Shown: positions 33,707-44,190 of the stretch, piece after piece | Position numbering within the stretch: position 1 is the first letter of the stretch | Layout of the letters: each line of letters opens with the position of its first letter | NCBI GenBank assembly: GCA_963750165.1 | Contig: CAVVPN010000003.1 | Span: 1,792,001-1,856,000, forward strand | DNA length: 64,000 nucleotides | Origin: an uncultured Gemmataceae bacterium | GTDB lineage: Bacteria; Planctomycetota; Planctomycetia; Gemmatales; Gemmataceae | Direction of reading: 5' to 3' | Made by a program: the position numbers and the translations under genes | Notes under the pieces: model-generated | Told to the model about the DNA's origin: nothing | Seen by the model: the letters and a program-made list of their open reading frames with translations, nothing else | The model's database searches: none

Positions 33707-34153
33707 TCACTCACCAACCCACCATACCGGAGTCGGAAAGGATCTCCTCCCAACAGGCAACTCTCTACATTCGGCATGAACTCGGCCTGGTTCGACCCGA
33801 AATGACAGACGCAACTGCGCCGGCTTGACGGTCTGGTCCGGCAGTTGGCTGGCGCGCGTTCGGATGTACTGTCCGATTTCCGCGACGGCGGTCGCCGTGA
33901 GTTCCTCCATCACAGACCTTGCCGCAGACTCCCTGACCCCCTCTACACGGAGGTAAAAACACCATTTACCGCCGACAACGCGGGATTCGACAAAGCCCAG
34001 TGAGAGTCGGTCATTGCTGCGACCGAACCCCGTGCCGTAAAACTCGACCAGTCGCACGTCCGCACCGAGTTCGGCCAGCAGTGCTTTTATCTGACGCTTC
34101 GACGGCACGAACGTCCAGTGCAGGGGTAGTTTCTCCAGAACAAATCTTGGCAT
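33707..34153 (-). CDS. Hypothetical protein
   Basis: 148-aa ORF with RBS 'ggaggtgg' and globular composition; no recognisable motif. Confidence 0.55.
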   Translation of the reverse strand: MPRFVLEKLPLHWTFVPSKRQIKALLAELGADVRLVEFYGTGFGRSNDRLSLGFVESRVVGGKWCFYLRVEGVRESAARSVMEELTATAVAEIGQYIRTRASQLPDQTVKPAQLRLSFRVEPGRVHAECRELPVGRRSFPTPVWWVGE

Positions 34154-34188
34154 TCCCACCACCTCCACGGCTCAACATAAGGATCGCG

Positions 34189-35483
34189 CTACGCCAGCGT
34201 CCCGCCGAAGCGCTCCGCCGTGCCCCACAGCCCGAGCCCCGGGTTCGAGATGTAAAACACTTCCTCGCCGTCCGGCAGTGTGTTCCAGCCGTCGCGCAGT
34301 TTCGCCGGTGGGTAACGCTCCGTCAGCGTCGCCACGTCGCCGAAGCGGAAGCCGACGCCCTCGATGTCCTCACGGCTCAGGTGTCCCGGGCAGTACGTGA
34401 CCGTGAAGCGCCCCTCCGTCGAGCCGTGAATCAGGTGCGCCGCCGCCGACAGGTTGACGGCCAGCTCCGGCTCGCGCCGCACCTGCTCCAGCGTCGCCGC
34501 CGCGCCGCGGTAGCCGAAGCGGCGGATGAGCCGGTCGATGGTCGGGTCCTCGCCGAACGTCCGCACGCCCGGCGCCAGCACCACCAGTTCGCCGCCGTCC
34601 GCGACCGCCAGCCGCGTCCGATAAATCGCCTTGTTGCCCAGCCAGGTGGACTTGTACTCCAGCGGGTCGAGAGACACGACCACCTTGCGCGCGCCCGGTC
34701 GAGCACGTCCAGGTTGACGCTCCGGCACAGGTCGGCGCCGCTGTGGAAGCAGGCCGTGTCGTCGCCGGCGAACAGGCCGCGCGTCACCAGGCGACCGTCC
34801 GCCGCCCGGCCACGCACCGTCAGCAGATACACCAGCGGCAAGTGCTTCGCCAGCCGATCGCCGGCGTAGTCGAGGACGGCGCGCACCGGCGTGCGGGCGC
34901 GGCCGAGCGTCTGTTCGATACCGTGGACCGCCCCGAGCCAGTGCGTCTTGTTAATCAGGTCGCTGCCGCCTGCGCCGACGAAGACGTTCTTGGCGTGGTT
35001 GGCGATGCCCGCGACCTCATGCGGCACCAGCTGGCCGACCGAGATGATCGCATCCCACTGCCCCTCCACCAGCAGCCGATCCACCTCGACGCGGATGGGG
35101 TAGTCGAGCCGGCCCGCGGACACTTCCTGAACGAAGGCCGACGGCACCTCGCCGAGCGGCACGACGCCGTGACGCCAGTCGTGGGCGTGGAAAAGGCTGC
35201 GCGGCACGCCGGCGTACATGTGTTCAATCTCGGCGGCGGTCATCGGCTCATGGGTGCCGGTGGCCGGCAGCACCGCCACGGTGGCGTCGCCGCGCAGTTG
35301 CTCGTACAGCGAGGAGGTGAGGAAGCCGGCCCACGAGTGCAGCCGCGTCACGTCCGGCGGCAAGAGCAGCACGCGCCGTAGCGGCCCGCGCTGGCGCAAC
35401 CGCTCCAGCAAGCTGCGGACGAGTTCCGCGGCCCGCCCCTCGTCGATCTCGGCCGTCGCCGAACCTTCACGGATATATTCCAT
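34189..35483 (-). CDS. LarA-family (lactate racemase domain/DUF2088) racemase/epimerase; apparent frameshift near 34695
   Basis: 'LLPPDVTR', 'PATGTH', 'VPHEVAG..KN', 'STWLGNKAIYRT', 'AAHLIHGS'. Confidence 0.85.
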
Positions 35484-35560
35484 GACACCCTCCGTCGCCG
35501 TGCCCTGTTGCTCCTGGTATTATCTCAGCGCCGGCGGGCTTTTCCAGGTAATGCGTCTGG

Positions 35561-35627
35561 TTGGTCCGAGCCCGAGCGCCAGCGCGGGGCCCGCTTGGCC
35601 CCGCGCTGGCGCTCGGGCTCGGACCAA
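35561..35627. repeat. Palindrome family C, second copy
   Basis: ttggtccgagcccgagcgccagcgcggggcc..ggccccgcgctggcgctcgggctcggaccaa. Confidence 0.8.
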
Positions 35628-35680
35628 TCACATACATTCATAGCGATGCGGTGTTACACGGCGGAGGAAGGGGGAGCCGT

Positions 35681-36136
35681 ATGATAACGATGATCCGGCG
35701 CATGCTGGTGCTGGTGGCGCTGATGTTCTGGCAGGGCGGCTTCACGTTTTACGCCGCGGTGGTGGTGCCGGTCGGCAGCAGCGTGCTCGGCTCGCACCGG
35801 GAGCAGGGCGCGATCACTCGCCACGTGACCAACTACCTCAACCTGGCGGCCGCCGTGGCGCTGGTGCCGCTGGCCTGGGAGGCGGCCGCGGGACGGCGGC
35901 GCCGGCCGCGCTGGGCGTGCTGGCTGGGCATGGCGTTGACGCTGGCGGCGCTGGCCGTGCTGCACTTTTATCTGGACGAGCTGTTCGACCGCGACCTCGC
36001 CGGCAGCGCGGATCGCCCGGCGTTCGCAGTCGGGCACCGCTGGTATCTGTGGGTCAGCACGGCGCAGTGGGCCTGTGCGGTGGGCTACCTTGTGCTGACG
36101 CTGCTGGCCTGGCGGGAGGAAGACGGCGCCCGGTAG
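35681..36136 (+). CDS. Four-TM membrane protein (DUF4149-like)
   Basis: 'FWQGGFTFYAAVVVPVG', hydrophobic helices; RBS 'ggggag'. Confidence 0.7.
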   Translation: MITMIRRMLVLVALMFWQGGFTFYAAVVVPVGSSVLGSHREQGAITRHVTNYLNLAAAVALVPLAWEAAAGRRRRPRWACWLGMALTLAALAVLHFYLDELFDRDLAGSADRPAFAVGHRWYLWVSTAQWACAVGYLVLTLLAWREEDGAR

Positions 36137-36140
36137 GGAG

Positions 36141-36566
36141 ATGCGCATGAACTGGTTGACGTGGGCGCTGCTGTCGGCGCTGTTCGCGGGGCTGACGGCG
36201 GTGCTGGCCAAGGTGGGCGTCAAGGACGTGGACTCGAACCTGGCCCTGGCGATCCGCACGACGGTGGTGCTGCTGTTCACCTGGGGCCTGGCGCTGGCGC
36301 TCGACGCGCAGGCGCTGCACACGATCACGACGCGGGCCTGGGTGTATCTGACGCTATCGGGGCTGGCGACGGGAGCGTCGTGGCTGTGTTATTTTCGGGC
36401 GCTGCAACTGGGGGAGGTGTCGAAGGTGGCGCCGATCGACAAGTTGAGTGTGGTGGTGGCGATGGTGCTGGCGTTCCTGGTGCTGGGCGAACGGTTTAGC
36501 TGGCAGCAGTGGCTCGGCGGCGGGTTGATCGTCGCCGGCACGCTGGTGCTGGCGTACTGGGGTTGA
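36141..36566 (+). CDS. EamA/DMT family transporter (single domain)
   Basis: 'ALLSALFAGLTAVLAKVG', 'SWLCYFRAL', 'VAPIDKLS'. Confidence 0.9.
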   Translation: MRMNWLTWALLSALFAGLTAVLAKVGVKDVDSNLALAIRTTVVLLFTWGLALALDAQALHTITTRAWVYLTLSGLATGASWLCYFRALQLGEVSKVAPIDKLSVVVAMVLAFLVLGERFSWQQWLGGGLIVAGTLVLAYWG

Positions 36567-36633
36567 GAACCAGCAAATCCAGAAGCCCCGTTGACGGTTC
36601 GCGCAGACAGCAGTCCAAGCTCCGGGATCGGTC

Positions 36634-37908
36634 ATGAACTTTTCCAACCGCTGGGTGCAGCTCATCACCGGGATCACGGGCATGGTTGCCGTCGCCAATT
36701 TTCAGTATTCCTGGACGCTGTTTGTGCTGCCGTTGCAACAGCGACATGGTTGGGAGGAATTGGCTATTCAAAAAGCCCTGTATTTCTTCTTCGTGCCGGC
36801 ACAAACCTGGCTGGTGCCCCTGGAAGGGTATCTGGCCGAGCGCTTCGGCCCACGGAAACTCCTGATTAGCGGCGGCGTCCTGGCCGGTCTCGGCTGGATC
36901 ATCAATGCCGGTGCGTCATCGCTACCCATCCTGTATGCGGCCCAGGTGCTGGCGGGCTGCGGTTCGGGGGTCGTCTACAGCATCAGCATGGGCAATGCCT
37001 TGAAATGGTTCCCGGATCGGCGCGGCCTGGCGGCTGGCCTCACGGCCGCGGCTTTCGGAGCAGGAGCGGCGGCCACGGTTCGGCCGGTGCGGTGGACCAT
37101 CCTGCAGCACGGTTACGAACAGGCTTTTTTGTGGTTCGGCCTGGGCCAGGGACTGGTGATTATCCTCGCCGCGCTGTTCATGCGTTTTCCCAGGCCCGAT
37201 GAAGTGCCGGCACAAAAGATCCAATCGAGGGTTTTGCAGTCGGGCCGCGAATACACCCCGGGTGAAATGTTGCGCTCCCCGGGTTTCTGGCTCATCTATT
37301 TCATGATGATGATGGGAGCGATCCCCGGCCTGCTGATGCTCGGATATATCGCGCCGATGGCCGTCCATTTCGGCATTGCCGAGAAGCCCGTCACGCTCTT
37401 GTGGGTTAGCTCGGCCGCCTTGCCACTGGCCATGGAACTGGATCGCGTCATGGGCGGCCTCACCCGGCCGGTGTGCGGTTGGATTTCCGACCACATCGGC
37501 CGGGAAATTGCCATTTTCCTGGCCTTCACCATTGAAGGCTGCGCGCTGTTGTTGCTCATCCAGTTCGCCCACGAACCAATGATGTTCGTCCTCATGACCG
37601 GACTGGCCTTCTTCGGTTGGGGCGCGGTCTTCAGTCTCTTCCCGGCCGTGAGCGGCGACATGTTCGGCCGCAAGTTCGCCACGACCAATTACAGTTTGCT
37701 CTACACCGCCAAGGGGGGCGCCTCGTTGCTGGTGATCCTCTGTTACCTTTTGCGTCTGCAAACCCGCAGCTGGGTTCCCGTCTTCGCCGTGATGACCGCT
37801 GCCGACGGCATCGCAGCTTTGCTGGCGCTGTTTGTGCTGCGACCCTTGCGAGCGCGGCTGGCCAAGAGGGAAGAGGATACACGCGCGAGCGTGATAGACC
37901 TTGGTTGA
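36634..37908 (+). CDS. oxlT: Oxalate:formate antiporter family MFS transporter
   Basis: 'ANFQYSWTLFV', 'KWFPDRRGLAAGLTAAAFG', 'LTRP..GWISDHIGRE', 'NYSLLYTAKG'. Confidence 0.85.
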   Translation: MNFSNRWVQLITGITGMVAVANFQYSWTLFVLPLQQRHGWEELAIQKALYFFFVPAQTWLVPLEGYLAERFGPRKLLISGGVLAGLGWIINAGASSLPILYAAQVLAGCGSGVVYSISMGNALKWFPDRRGLAAGLTAAAFGAGAAATVRPVRWTILQHGYEQAFLWFGLGQGLVIILAALFMRFPRPDEVPAQKIQSRVLQSGREYTPGEMLRSPGFWLIYFMMMMGAIPGLLMLGYIAPMAVHFGIAEKPVTLLWVSSAALPLAMELDRVMGGLTRPVCGWISDHIGREIAIFLAFTIEGCALLLLIQFAHEPMMFVLMTGLAFFGWGAVFSLFPAVSGDMFGRKFATTNYSLLYTAKGGASLLVILCYLLRLQTRSWVPVFAVMTAADGIAALLALFVLRPLRARLAKREEDTRASVIDLG

Positions 37909-37970
37909 ATGCCGCAGCAATGATGCCACAACACCATTCTACCGCGAGTCTTGACACGAAGCCAGGAATC

Positions 37971-39470
37971 CTATTGGCTCTTCAGAAAATGCGCCGCCAC
38001 GTGCCGGCGTTGGATCTTCCCCGTCGCCGTGCGCGGCACCGCCTCGGTGATGTGAATCACCTTCGGCACCTTGAAATCCGCCAGTCGCTTCAGGCAAAAC
38101 GCCTGAATCTCCGCAGGGGTCGCTGGCCCCTTCAGCACGACCGCTGCTTGCACTTCCTCGCCGTACTTGGCGTCCGGGGCCGCGAACGCTACCGCTTCGA
38201 CTACCGCGGGATGTTCCAGCAAGGTAGCGTCCACCTCAAGCGGGGAGATCTTTTCGCCGCCGCGATTGATCAACTCCTTGAGTCGGCCGGTCAGCATCAA
38301 GTAGCCATTCTCATCGAGGACACCCTGATCGCCCGTGCGAAAATAGCCATCGTAAAACGAGGTCTGGTTCGCCTCGGGGTTGTTGAGGTAGCCGTGCATG
38401 ACATTGTTGCCGCGGATGGTAACTTCACCCTGGTTTCCGACCGGCAGCATTTGGCCCTGCTCGTCGCGGATAACGATATCCACGCCAGTTCCCTTGCCCA
38501 CGCAGCCTGGTTTGCGCGGCCCCGGTGGCAATGGGTTGGAGGCCATTTGATGGGCAGCCTCGGTCATGCCGTAGGCTTCCAGCACCGGAGCGCCGAAGCG
38601 TTCTTCCAGTTGATGAAACACCGCCGGCGCCAGGGCCGAACTGCACGAACGGATAAAGCGCAGGCCGCGCGCGGGGCGTTATCTTGATCGGCCCGTCCCA
38701 GGAGAATCTGATGGATGGTTGGTACCGCGGAGTACCAGGTCACGTGATACCTGACCGCCGTCTGCCAGAACGCGCCGGCGGAGAAGCGCGCGGGCACCAC
38801 CACGGCCCCCCCGGTGTGCAGCGTGGACAGGGTCGCGCCGATCAGTCCGTGGACGTGAAAGAGCGGCATGACGATCAGGCTGCGGTCGCGCGGCGTGAGC
38901 TGGTACGTGGCCGCAATGTTGGCGATCGACGCCATCAGGTTGCCGTGCGTGAGCGGCACGCCCTTCGGCCTGCTGGTGGTGCCGCTGGTGTGCAAGAACA
39001 AAGCGACATCGCCAGACTTCGGCGCGGAGCGGTCGTGGTTCGGCGTGGATGGGTCGGTCTGCGACTGCACGAAAACCTGGCCCTGGGCGTTGAGACCACA
39101 TTCCCAGATCGGAATCTGCAACTGGCGGGCGGCTTCGCGCGGGATGATCGCCCGGCGAAACCATGATCGCTCTGGCGCCGGCGTCCTCCAGGTAGAAGCG
39201 AAATTCCTCGACCTTGTACGTCGGATTGAGCGGCGCCGCGACGGCGCGCGCCCACGTCGTGGCCAGGAACGCGACGAGAAACTCCAGGTTGTTGGGCAGC
39301 ACAATCGCGATCGGTTCCCCAGCCTGGACACCCCCTTCGCGCAGTGCCGCCGTCACGGCTTCGAGCTGGTGTTGCAGTTGCCCGTAGGTCACCTCGGGGC
39401 CATCGGGAATGAACACTGCCGGCTGGGACGCGAACTCTCGCGACCACAAGTTCATCAAGGTAGAATCCAT
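37971..39470 (-). CDS. Acyl-CoA synthetase, oxalate--CoA ligase-like (AAE3/Pcs60 type); apparent frameshifts near 38665 and 39140
   Basis: 'LHTSGTTSRPKGVPLTH', 'PLFHVHGL', 'WYSAVPTIHQ', 'EAYGMTEAAHQMASNPLP', 'RTGDQG', 'TGKIQRR'. Confidence 0.85.
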
Positions 39471-39503
39471 GGGTTTTCCGCAAAGAAGGAATGATTGGGG
39501 CAT

Positions 39504-39650
39504 TCATTTCTGCTGGCCGTAACAGCCCAGATCACCGTAGCCGAGGTCGTCCGCCAGGATGAAAATGAGGTTGGGCTTGCGGCGTTGCTTGCCCTGGGCG
39601 GTCGCCAGCCCCGAGGCCGCCAGCAGCGCAACCACAACGATGCGTCTCAT
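39504..39650 (-). pseudogene. Truncated arylsulfatase (signal peptide plus first motif only)
   Basis: [51 protein letters not shown] 'aggag'; stops after 48 aa. Confidence 0.8.
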
Positions 39651-39711
39651 GGATGACTCCTGCAAGGTGTCGTCATTCAGGTAGGGACATCATTACCGGA
39701 AGAGGTTGCCC

Positions 39712-40803
39712 GTGTCTAACGATCTGTTCGCCGAGCCACCGCTGTTGACCGCCGATCTGCCCGGCATCGGCGGCCGCATCAAGTCCCAGCCCGAGGACTT
39801 CGAGGTTGAAGAAATCCCCGCTTACGAGCCCGCCGGCGCCGGCGATCACCTGTTCCTGTGGGTCGAGAAGCGCGACATGGGCGCCGAGTATTTCGCCCGC
39901 CAGCTGGCGCAGCGGCTCGGCATCCCAACCGGCGCCGTCGGCACCGCCGGCATGAAGGATCGTCACGCGGTCACGCGGCAATGGGTGTCGGTGCCGGCGG
40001 AGGCGGAGGCGCAGTTGCCGCGACTGGACGGCGACGGCCTCCGTGTGCTGCGTGTCAGCCGTCACGGCAACAAGCTCAAGGCGGGCCACCTGCACGGCAA
40101 CCGCTTCCGCATCCTGATCCGCGAACCGTCCGCGGGGGACGACCTGGCCGGCCGTGCCGAACGCATCCTCGACCGTCTGCGCCAGCACGGCCTGCCGAAT
40201 TTCTACGGCCCGCAGCGCTTCGGCCGCGACGGCGAGACGCTGAAGCTGGGGCTGGCACTGCTGCTGGGCGAACCGCCGACCGTCCCCGGTTCGGATCGCC
40301 GGCCCCACGTGCGCAGCCCGTTCCTGCGGAAGCTGGCGCTGTCGGCGGTCCAGTCGGCGTTGTTCAACCGTTACCTGGCGCGGCGGTTGGCGGACGGTCT
40401 GCTGCGGCGCGTGCTGCCCGGCGACGTGATGGCGAAATGGCCCTTCGGCGGCATGTTCGTCGCTGCCGATGTGCCGCGCGAACAGGAGCGCTTCGACGTG
40501 CGCGAGACGGTAACGGCCGGTCCGATCTTCGGCCGCAAAACGTTCGCCGCCAAGGACGAGGCGGCGTGGCGCGAGACGGAGGTGCTCGCCGAGGCGGCGC
40601 TGAGCATCAGCGCGTTTCACGGCTTCGGCAAGTTGGTGCAGGGGACGCGGCGGCACAACCTCATTTACGTCGATGACCTGACCGCGGCGGTGGAGCCGGA
40701 GGGGGTGCGGTTGCGCTTCAGCCTGCCGGCCGGCAGTTACGCGACGGTGCTGCTGCGCGAGCTGGTCAAGGGTGCGATTGCCGACGCGGATGAAAACGGT
40801 TGA
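39712..40803 (+). CDS. truD: tRNA pseudouridine(13) synthase
   Basis: 'PEDFEVEEI', 'AGMKDRHAVTRQW', 'GNRFRI', 'PNFYGPQRFG', 'FSLPAGSYAT'. Confidence 0.95.
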   Translation: MSNDLFAEPPLLTADLPGIGGRIKSQPEDFEVEEIPAYEPAGAGDHLFLWVEKRDMGAEYFARQLAQRLGIPTGAVGTAGMKDRHAVTRQWVSVPAEAEAQLPRLDGDGLRVLRVSRHGNKLKAGHLHGNRFRILIREPSAGDDLAGRAERILDRLRQHGLPNFYGPQRFGRDGETLKLGLALLLGEPPTVPGSDRRPHVRSPFLRKLALSAVQSALFNRYLARRLADGLLRRVLPGDVMAKWPFGGMFVAADVPREQERFDVRETVTAGPIFGRKTFAAKDEAAWRETEVLAEAALSISAFHGFGKLVQGTRRHNLIYVDDLTAAVEPEGVRLRFSLPAGSYATVLLRELVKGAIADADENG

Positions 40804-40981
40804 ACCGGTCACCCGCAACCTGCGCCGTTTACCGGCGTTCCACGCTCCCAGCGCAGGACCGGCACTCGTCTTTTTCCGAACGGCGGTTCGTGGTACAAGC
40901 CCCGCGGAAACAGGGAAACTCCCGGCATCGGCGGCCCGGAACCGCTGGCGCCAGCCCCCTCCCGCCGGAACAGGAACCGTC

Positions 40982-41455
40982 ATGGACGACCGCCATCCCG
41001 CCCTTGAGGGCGACCTCCTCCCGCCCCCGCGTCTGCTCGACACCCCCGACGCCGAGCCCGAGTTGCCGGCCGACTTCGCGCCGCTGCGCCTGCGGTTGCA
41101 ACCCGGCGGCCTGTCCGTCGAACTGACCCGGCCCAGCGTGCTCATCGGCCGCCACAGTGACGCCGACGTGCGCCTGGCGCTGCCGGACGTCAGCCGCCGC
41201 CACTGCCGGTTCGTCTTCGCGGACGGCGGCTGGCAGGTGCAGGATCTGAACAGCCTCAACGGCGTCTGGGTGAACGGCGAACGGTTACAGCACGCGGCGC
41301 TGACGCAGAACGACTTCGTGCGCATCGGCAGTCTGACGTTTCTGGTGGACCTCGGCCGAACCGCGGTCGCCGACCCCGACGAGGGCGCGGCGGTGTACAA
41401 GAGCATTACCAACATCCTGCCGGGGCCACGCGGCGATCAGCGCAAGGCGTCCTGA
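40982..41455 (+). CDS. FHA domain protein
   Basis: 'IGRHS..VSRRHC..DLNSLNG'. Confidence 0.88.
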   Translation: MDDRHPALEGDLLPPPRLLDTPDAEPELPADFAPLRLRLQPGGLSVELTRPSVLIGRHSDADVRLALPDVSRRHCRFVFADGGWQVQDLNSLNGVWVNGERLQHAALTQNDFVRIGSLTFLVDLGRTAVADPDEGAAVYKSITNILPGPRGDQRKAS

Positions 41456-41483
41456 GCGCGAGCCGACAGCCGGCGTCCGACCG

Positions 41484-41738
41484 TCAAGGGGTTTTCTTGC
41501 TGCGCTTACCCCTGGGTTTGGGCGGCGGGTCGCCGAACAACTCGGCCCAGTTCGACACCTCAAGCACGCGCCGCAACAACCGCCGCAACTCCTCCACGTC
41601 GGCAACTGACGACAGCCGTTGTTGAACGTTCGGCTCCGGCACACCGAACCGCTGTGTGCCCAGATCCAGCAAGTCTTCGCGTTTGCCCTTGATGACTCCT
41701 TCACGCACAATCGCCTGATAGGTCACGGACTCTTCCAT
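41484..41738 (-). CDS. Stand-alone Rpn/DUF4351-like C-terminal domain protein
   Basis: MEESVTYQAIVREG..LGTQRFG..DVEELRRLL..SNWAELF; RBS 'ggaggg'; no upstream nuclease domain. Confidence 0.7.
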   Translation of the reverse strand: MEESVTYQAIVREGVIKGKREDLLDLGTQRFGVPEPNVQQRLSSVADVEELRRLLRRVLEVSNWAELFGDPPPKPRGKRSKKTP

Positions 41739-41935
41739 GGAACCAACCCTCCGCTGCAAGTGACGGGCGAACTCCGCACCTCCAGCCACCAGCGCCCGGA
41801 ACCGAGCCGCTGCCGCTGCGACTGTCGCATCATAAAATCCCTCTACAGACCATTCCTCGGGGCCCTCTCTTTGTGGCCGGTCCCTGGCGCGTTGTCAAGG
41901 ATGCCACCGCCCGGCCCAGATCGGAAGAGACGCCG

Positions 41936-42817
41936 ATGAGCAATCTTCTCGCCGCCACCCCCAGTCCCGGCCGCCGCCTGCGCCAGGCCTGGGCCGAGCA
42001 ACCCCTGATGTTGCCCGGCGTCTTCAACGCCCTGGCGGTGCGCATGGCCGAGCGCCTTGGCCACCGGGCCGTCTACCTGTCCGGCGGCGCGCTTTCTGCG
42101 GCCAGCGGCGTGCCCGACATCGGTCTGCTGTCGCTGCCGGAGTTCGTCGAGGAGGCCCGCCGTCTTACCGCCGCCACGGCGCTGCCGCTGCTGTGCGACG
42201 CGGACACCGGCTTCGGCGAAACGGTCAATGTCGAGCGCACCGTGCGGCTGTTCGAGGCCGCCGGCGTCGCGGGCATTCACCTGGAGGACCAGCAGCTGCC
42301 GAAGCGCTGCGGTCACCTGTCCGGCAAGAGCCTGGTCGAGCCCGAGGCGATGGCTGCCAAGCTCCGCGCCGCCGCCGCCGCCCGCCGCGATCCCGACTTC
42401 GTTCTCATCGCTCGCACCGACGCCCGCGGCGTCACCGGCTTCGACGACGCCGTGCGCCGCGCGCGCCTGTACCTGCAAGCGGGCGCCGACGCCATCTTCC
42501 CCGAGGCGCTGGAGAGCGGCGACGAGTTCGCCGCGTTCGCGCGCGAGGTGCGCGCGCCGCTACTGGCCAACAACACCGAGTTCGGCCGCAGTCCCAATCT
42601 TGACTTCGCGGAGTTCGCCCGTCTGGGATATCGAATGGTGCTGTATCCGCTGACGGCCTTCCGCGCCGCCATGCGCGCCGCCCAGGACACGCTGCGCGAA
42701 CTGCTGGAGCGCGGCCAGCAGCGCGACCGCATTCCGCAGATGCTGTCGCGTCAGGAACTGTACGACCTGCTGGGCTACGCCGACTACGAGGCCCGTGATC
42801 GGAGTTATTTTGGCTAG
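41936..42817 (+). CDS. prpB: 2-methylisocitrate lyase
   Basis: 'YLSGGA', 'DADTGFG', 'EDQ..PKRCGH', 'IARTDA', 'ANNTEFG'. Confidence 0.93.
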   Translation: MSNLLAATPSPGRRLRQAWAEQPLMLPGVFNALAVRMAERLGHRAVYLSGGALSAASGVPDIGLLSLPEFVEEARRLTAATALPLLCDADTGFGETVNVERTVRLFEAAGVAGIHLEDQQLPKRCGHLSGKSLVEPEAMAAKLRAAAAARRDPDFVLIARTDARGVTGFDDAVRRARLYLQAGADAIFPEALESGDEFAAFAREVRAPLLANNTEFGRSPNLDFAEFARLGYRMVLYPLTAFRAAMRAAQDTLRELLERGQQRDRIPQMLSRQELYDLLGYADYEARDRSYFG

Positions 42818-42820
42818 GAC

Positions 42821-42862
42821 GATTGTCTTCCTCCCCTCTCCCCCTGAAGGGGGAGAGGGGAG
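42821..42862. repeat. Palindrome family B (ctcccctctccccctgaagggggagaggggag)
   Basis: Perfect hairpin; its left flank 'gattgtctt' matches the reverse complement of the copy at 53196-53250. Confidence 0.75.
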
Positions 42863-42882
42863 AAAACAGCAAGGACCCACGC

Positions 42883-44005
42883 ATGAGCGCTCCCGAAATC
42901 TACTCCCCCGGTCTGGAAGGCGTCATCGCCGGCGAGACCGCCATCTCAACCGTGGAGGGCGGCCTGCGTTACCGCGGCTATCCGGTGACCGAGCTGGCCG
43001 AGCACGCCAGCTTTGAAGAGGTCGCCTACCTGCTGCTGTACGGCGACCTGCCGAACGCCACGGCGCTGCAGCAGTTCCACGACCGCCTGGCGAAAGCCGC
43101 CGAACTGGTGCCGGCGCCGCTGACGGATTTGCTCGGAGTGCTGCCGAAACAGGCCCTGCCAATGGATGTGCTCCGCAGTGCGGTCAGCATCCTGGCGCAC
43201 TACGACCCGGAGACGCAGGACAACAGCACCGCCGCCAACCTGCGCAAGGCCGAGCGGCTGCTGGGCCAGATCCCCGTCGTCGTCGCCCAGCAGTATCGGC
43301 TGACAAAGGGCCAGCCCCTGATCCCGCCCTGCCGCGACCTCGGCCACGCCGCCAACTTCCTGTACATGCTGCGCGGCACGCCGCCCGGCGACTTCGAGGC
43401 CCGCGCCTTCGATGTGTCGCTGATCCTGTACGCCGAGCATGAGTTCAATGCTTCCACCTTCACCGCCCGCGTGGTCGTCTCGACGGAATCCGACCTGCAC
43501 TCCGCCGTCGTCGCGGCCATCGGGGCGCTGAAGGGCCGGCTGCACGGCGGCGCCAACGAGAAGGTGATGGACCTGCTCTTGCAGGCGGGCGGCCCAGACG
43601 TGGCGGAGCAGTGGATTCGCGCCGCGCTGGCGCAAGGAGCGCGTCATGGGCTTCGGTCACCGCGTCTACAAGACCGGCGACGTGCGGGCGCGCATCCTGA
43701 AGGAGTTCGCTCGCAAGGCAGCGGCGGCGGTCGGCCAGACGCAGTACGAGGACAGCGCCGAGATCATCGAGCGTGTGCTGGCGACCGAGAAGAACCTGTT
43801 CCCGAACCTGGACTGGCCGGCCGGCCGGCTGTACCACACGCTGGGGCTGGAGACGCCGCTGTACACGCCGTTTTTCGTGGCGTCGCGCGTCAGCGGCTGG
43901 GCGGCGCACGTCATCGAGCAACTGGAGCACAACCGCCTGATCCGGCCGCGCGGCCGCTACACCGGGCCGGCGGTGCGCTCGGTCCAGCCGCTGGCACAGC
44001 GCTGA
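42883..44005 (+). CDS. prpC: 2-methylcitrate/citrate synthase; apparent frameshift near 43633
   Basis: 'GLEGVIAGET', 'AEHEFNASTF', 'LHGGANE', 'MGFGHRVYK', 'PNLD'; follows prpB. Confidence 0.85.
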
Positions 44006-44190
44006 CCCGCGTCCAGTTCGCGCACCCACGCTGCACGCTGTACACTTGACGAGGTTCTTCTGGCCATCGGCAAAACACTCATCAAGTTTTAAGCAGCACC
44101 TGGGAGAATAGTTGGGGTTATAGTAGATGGAAGCAGTGCGTAACTTGCGCACACCGTCCAACCCCTTTCACTCCCTCGGGAGACTCGCAA

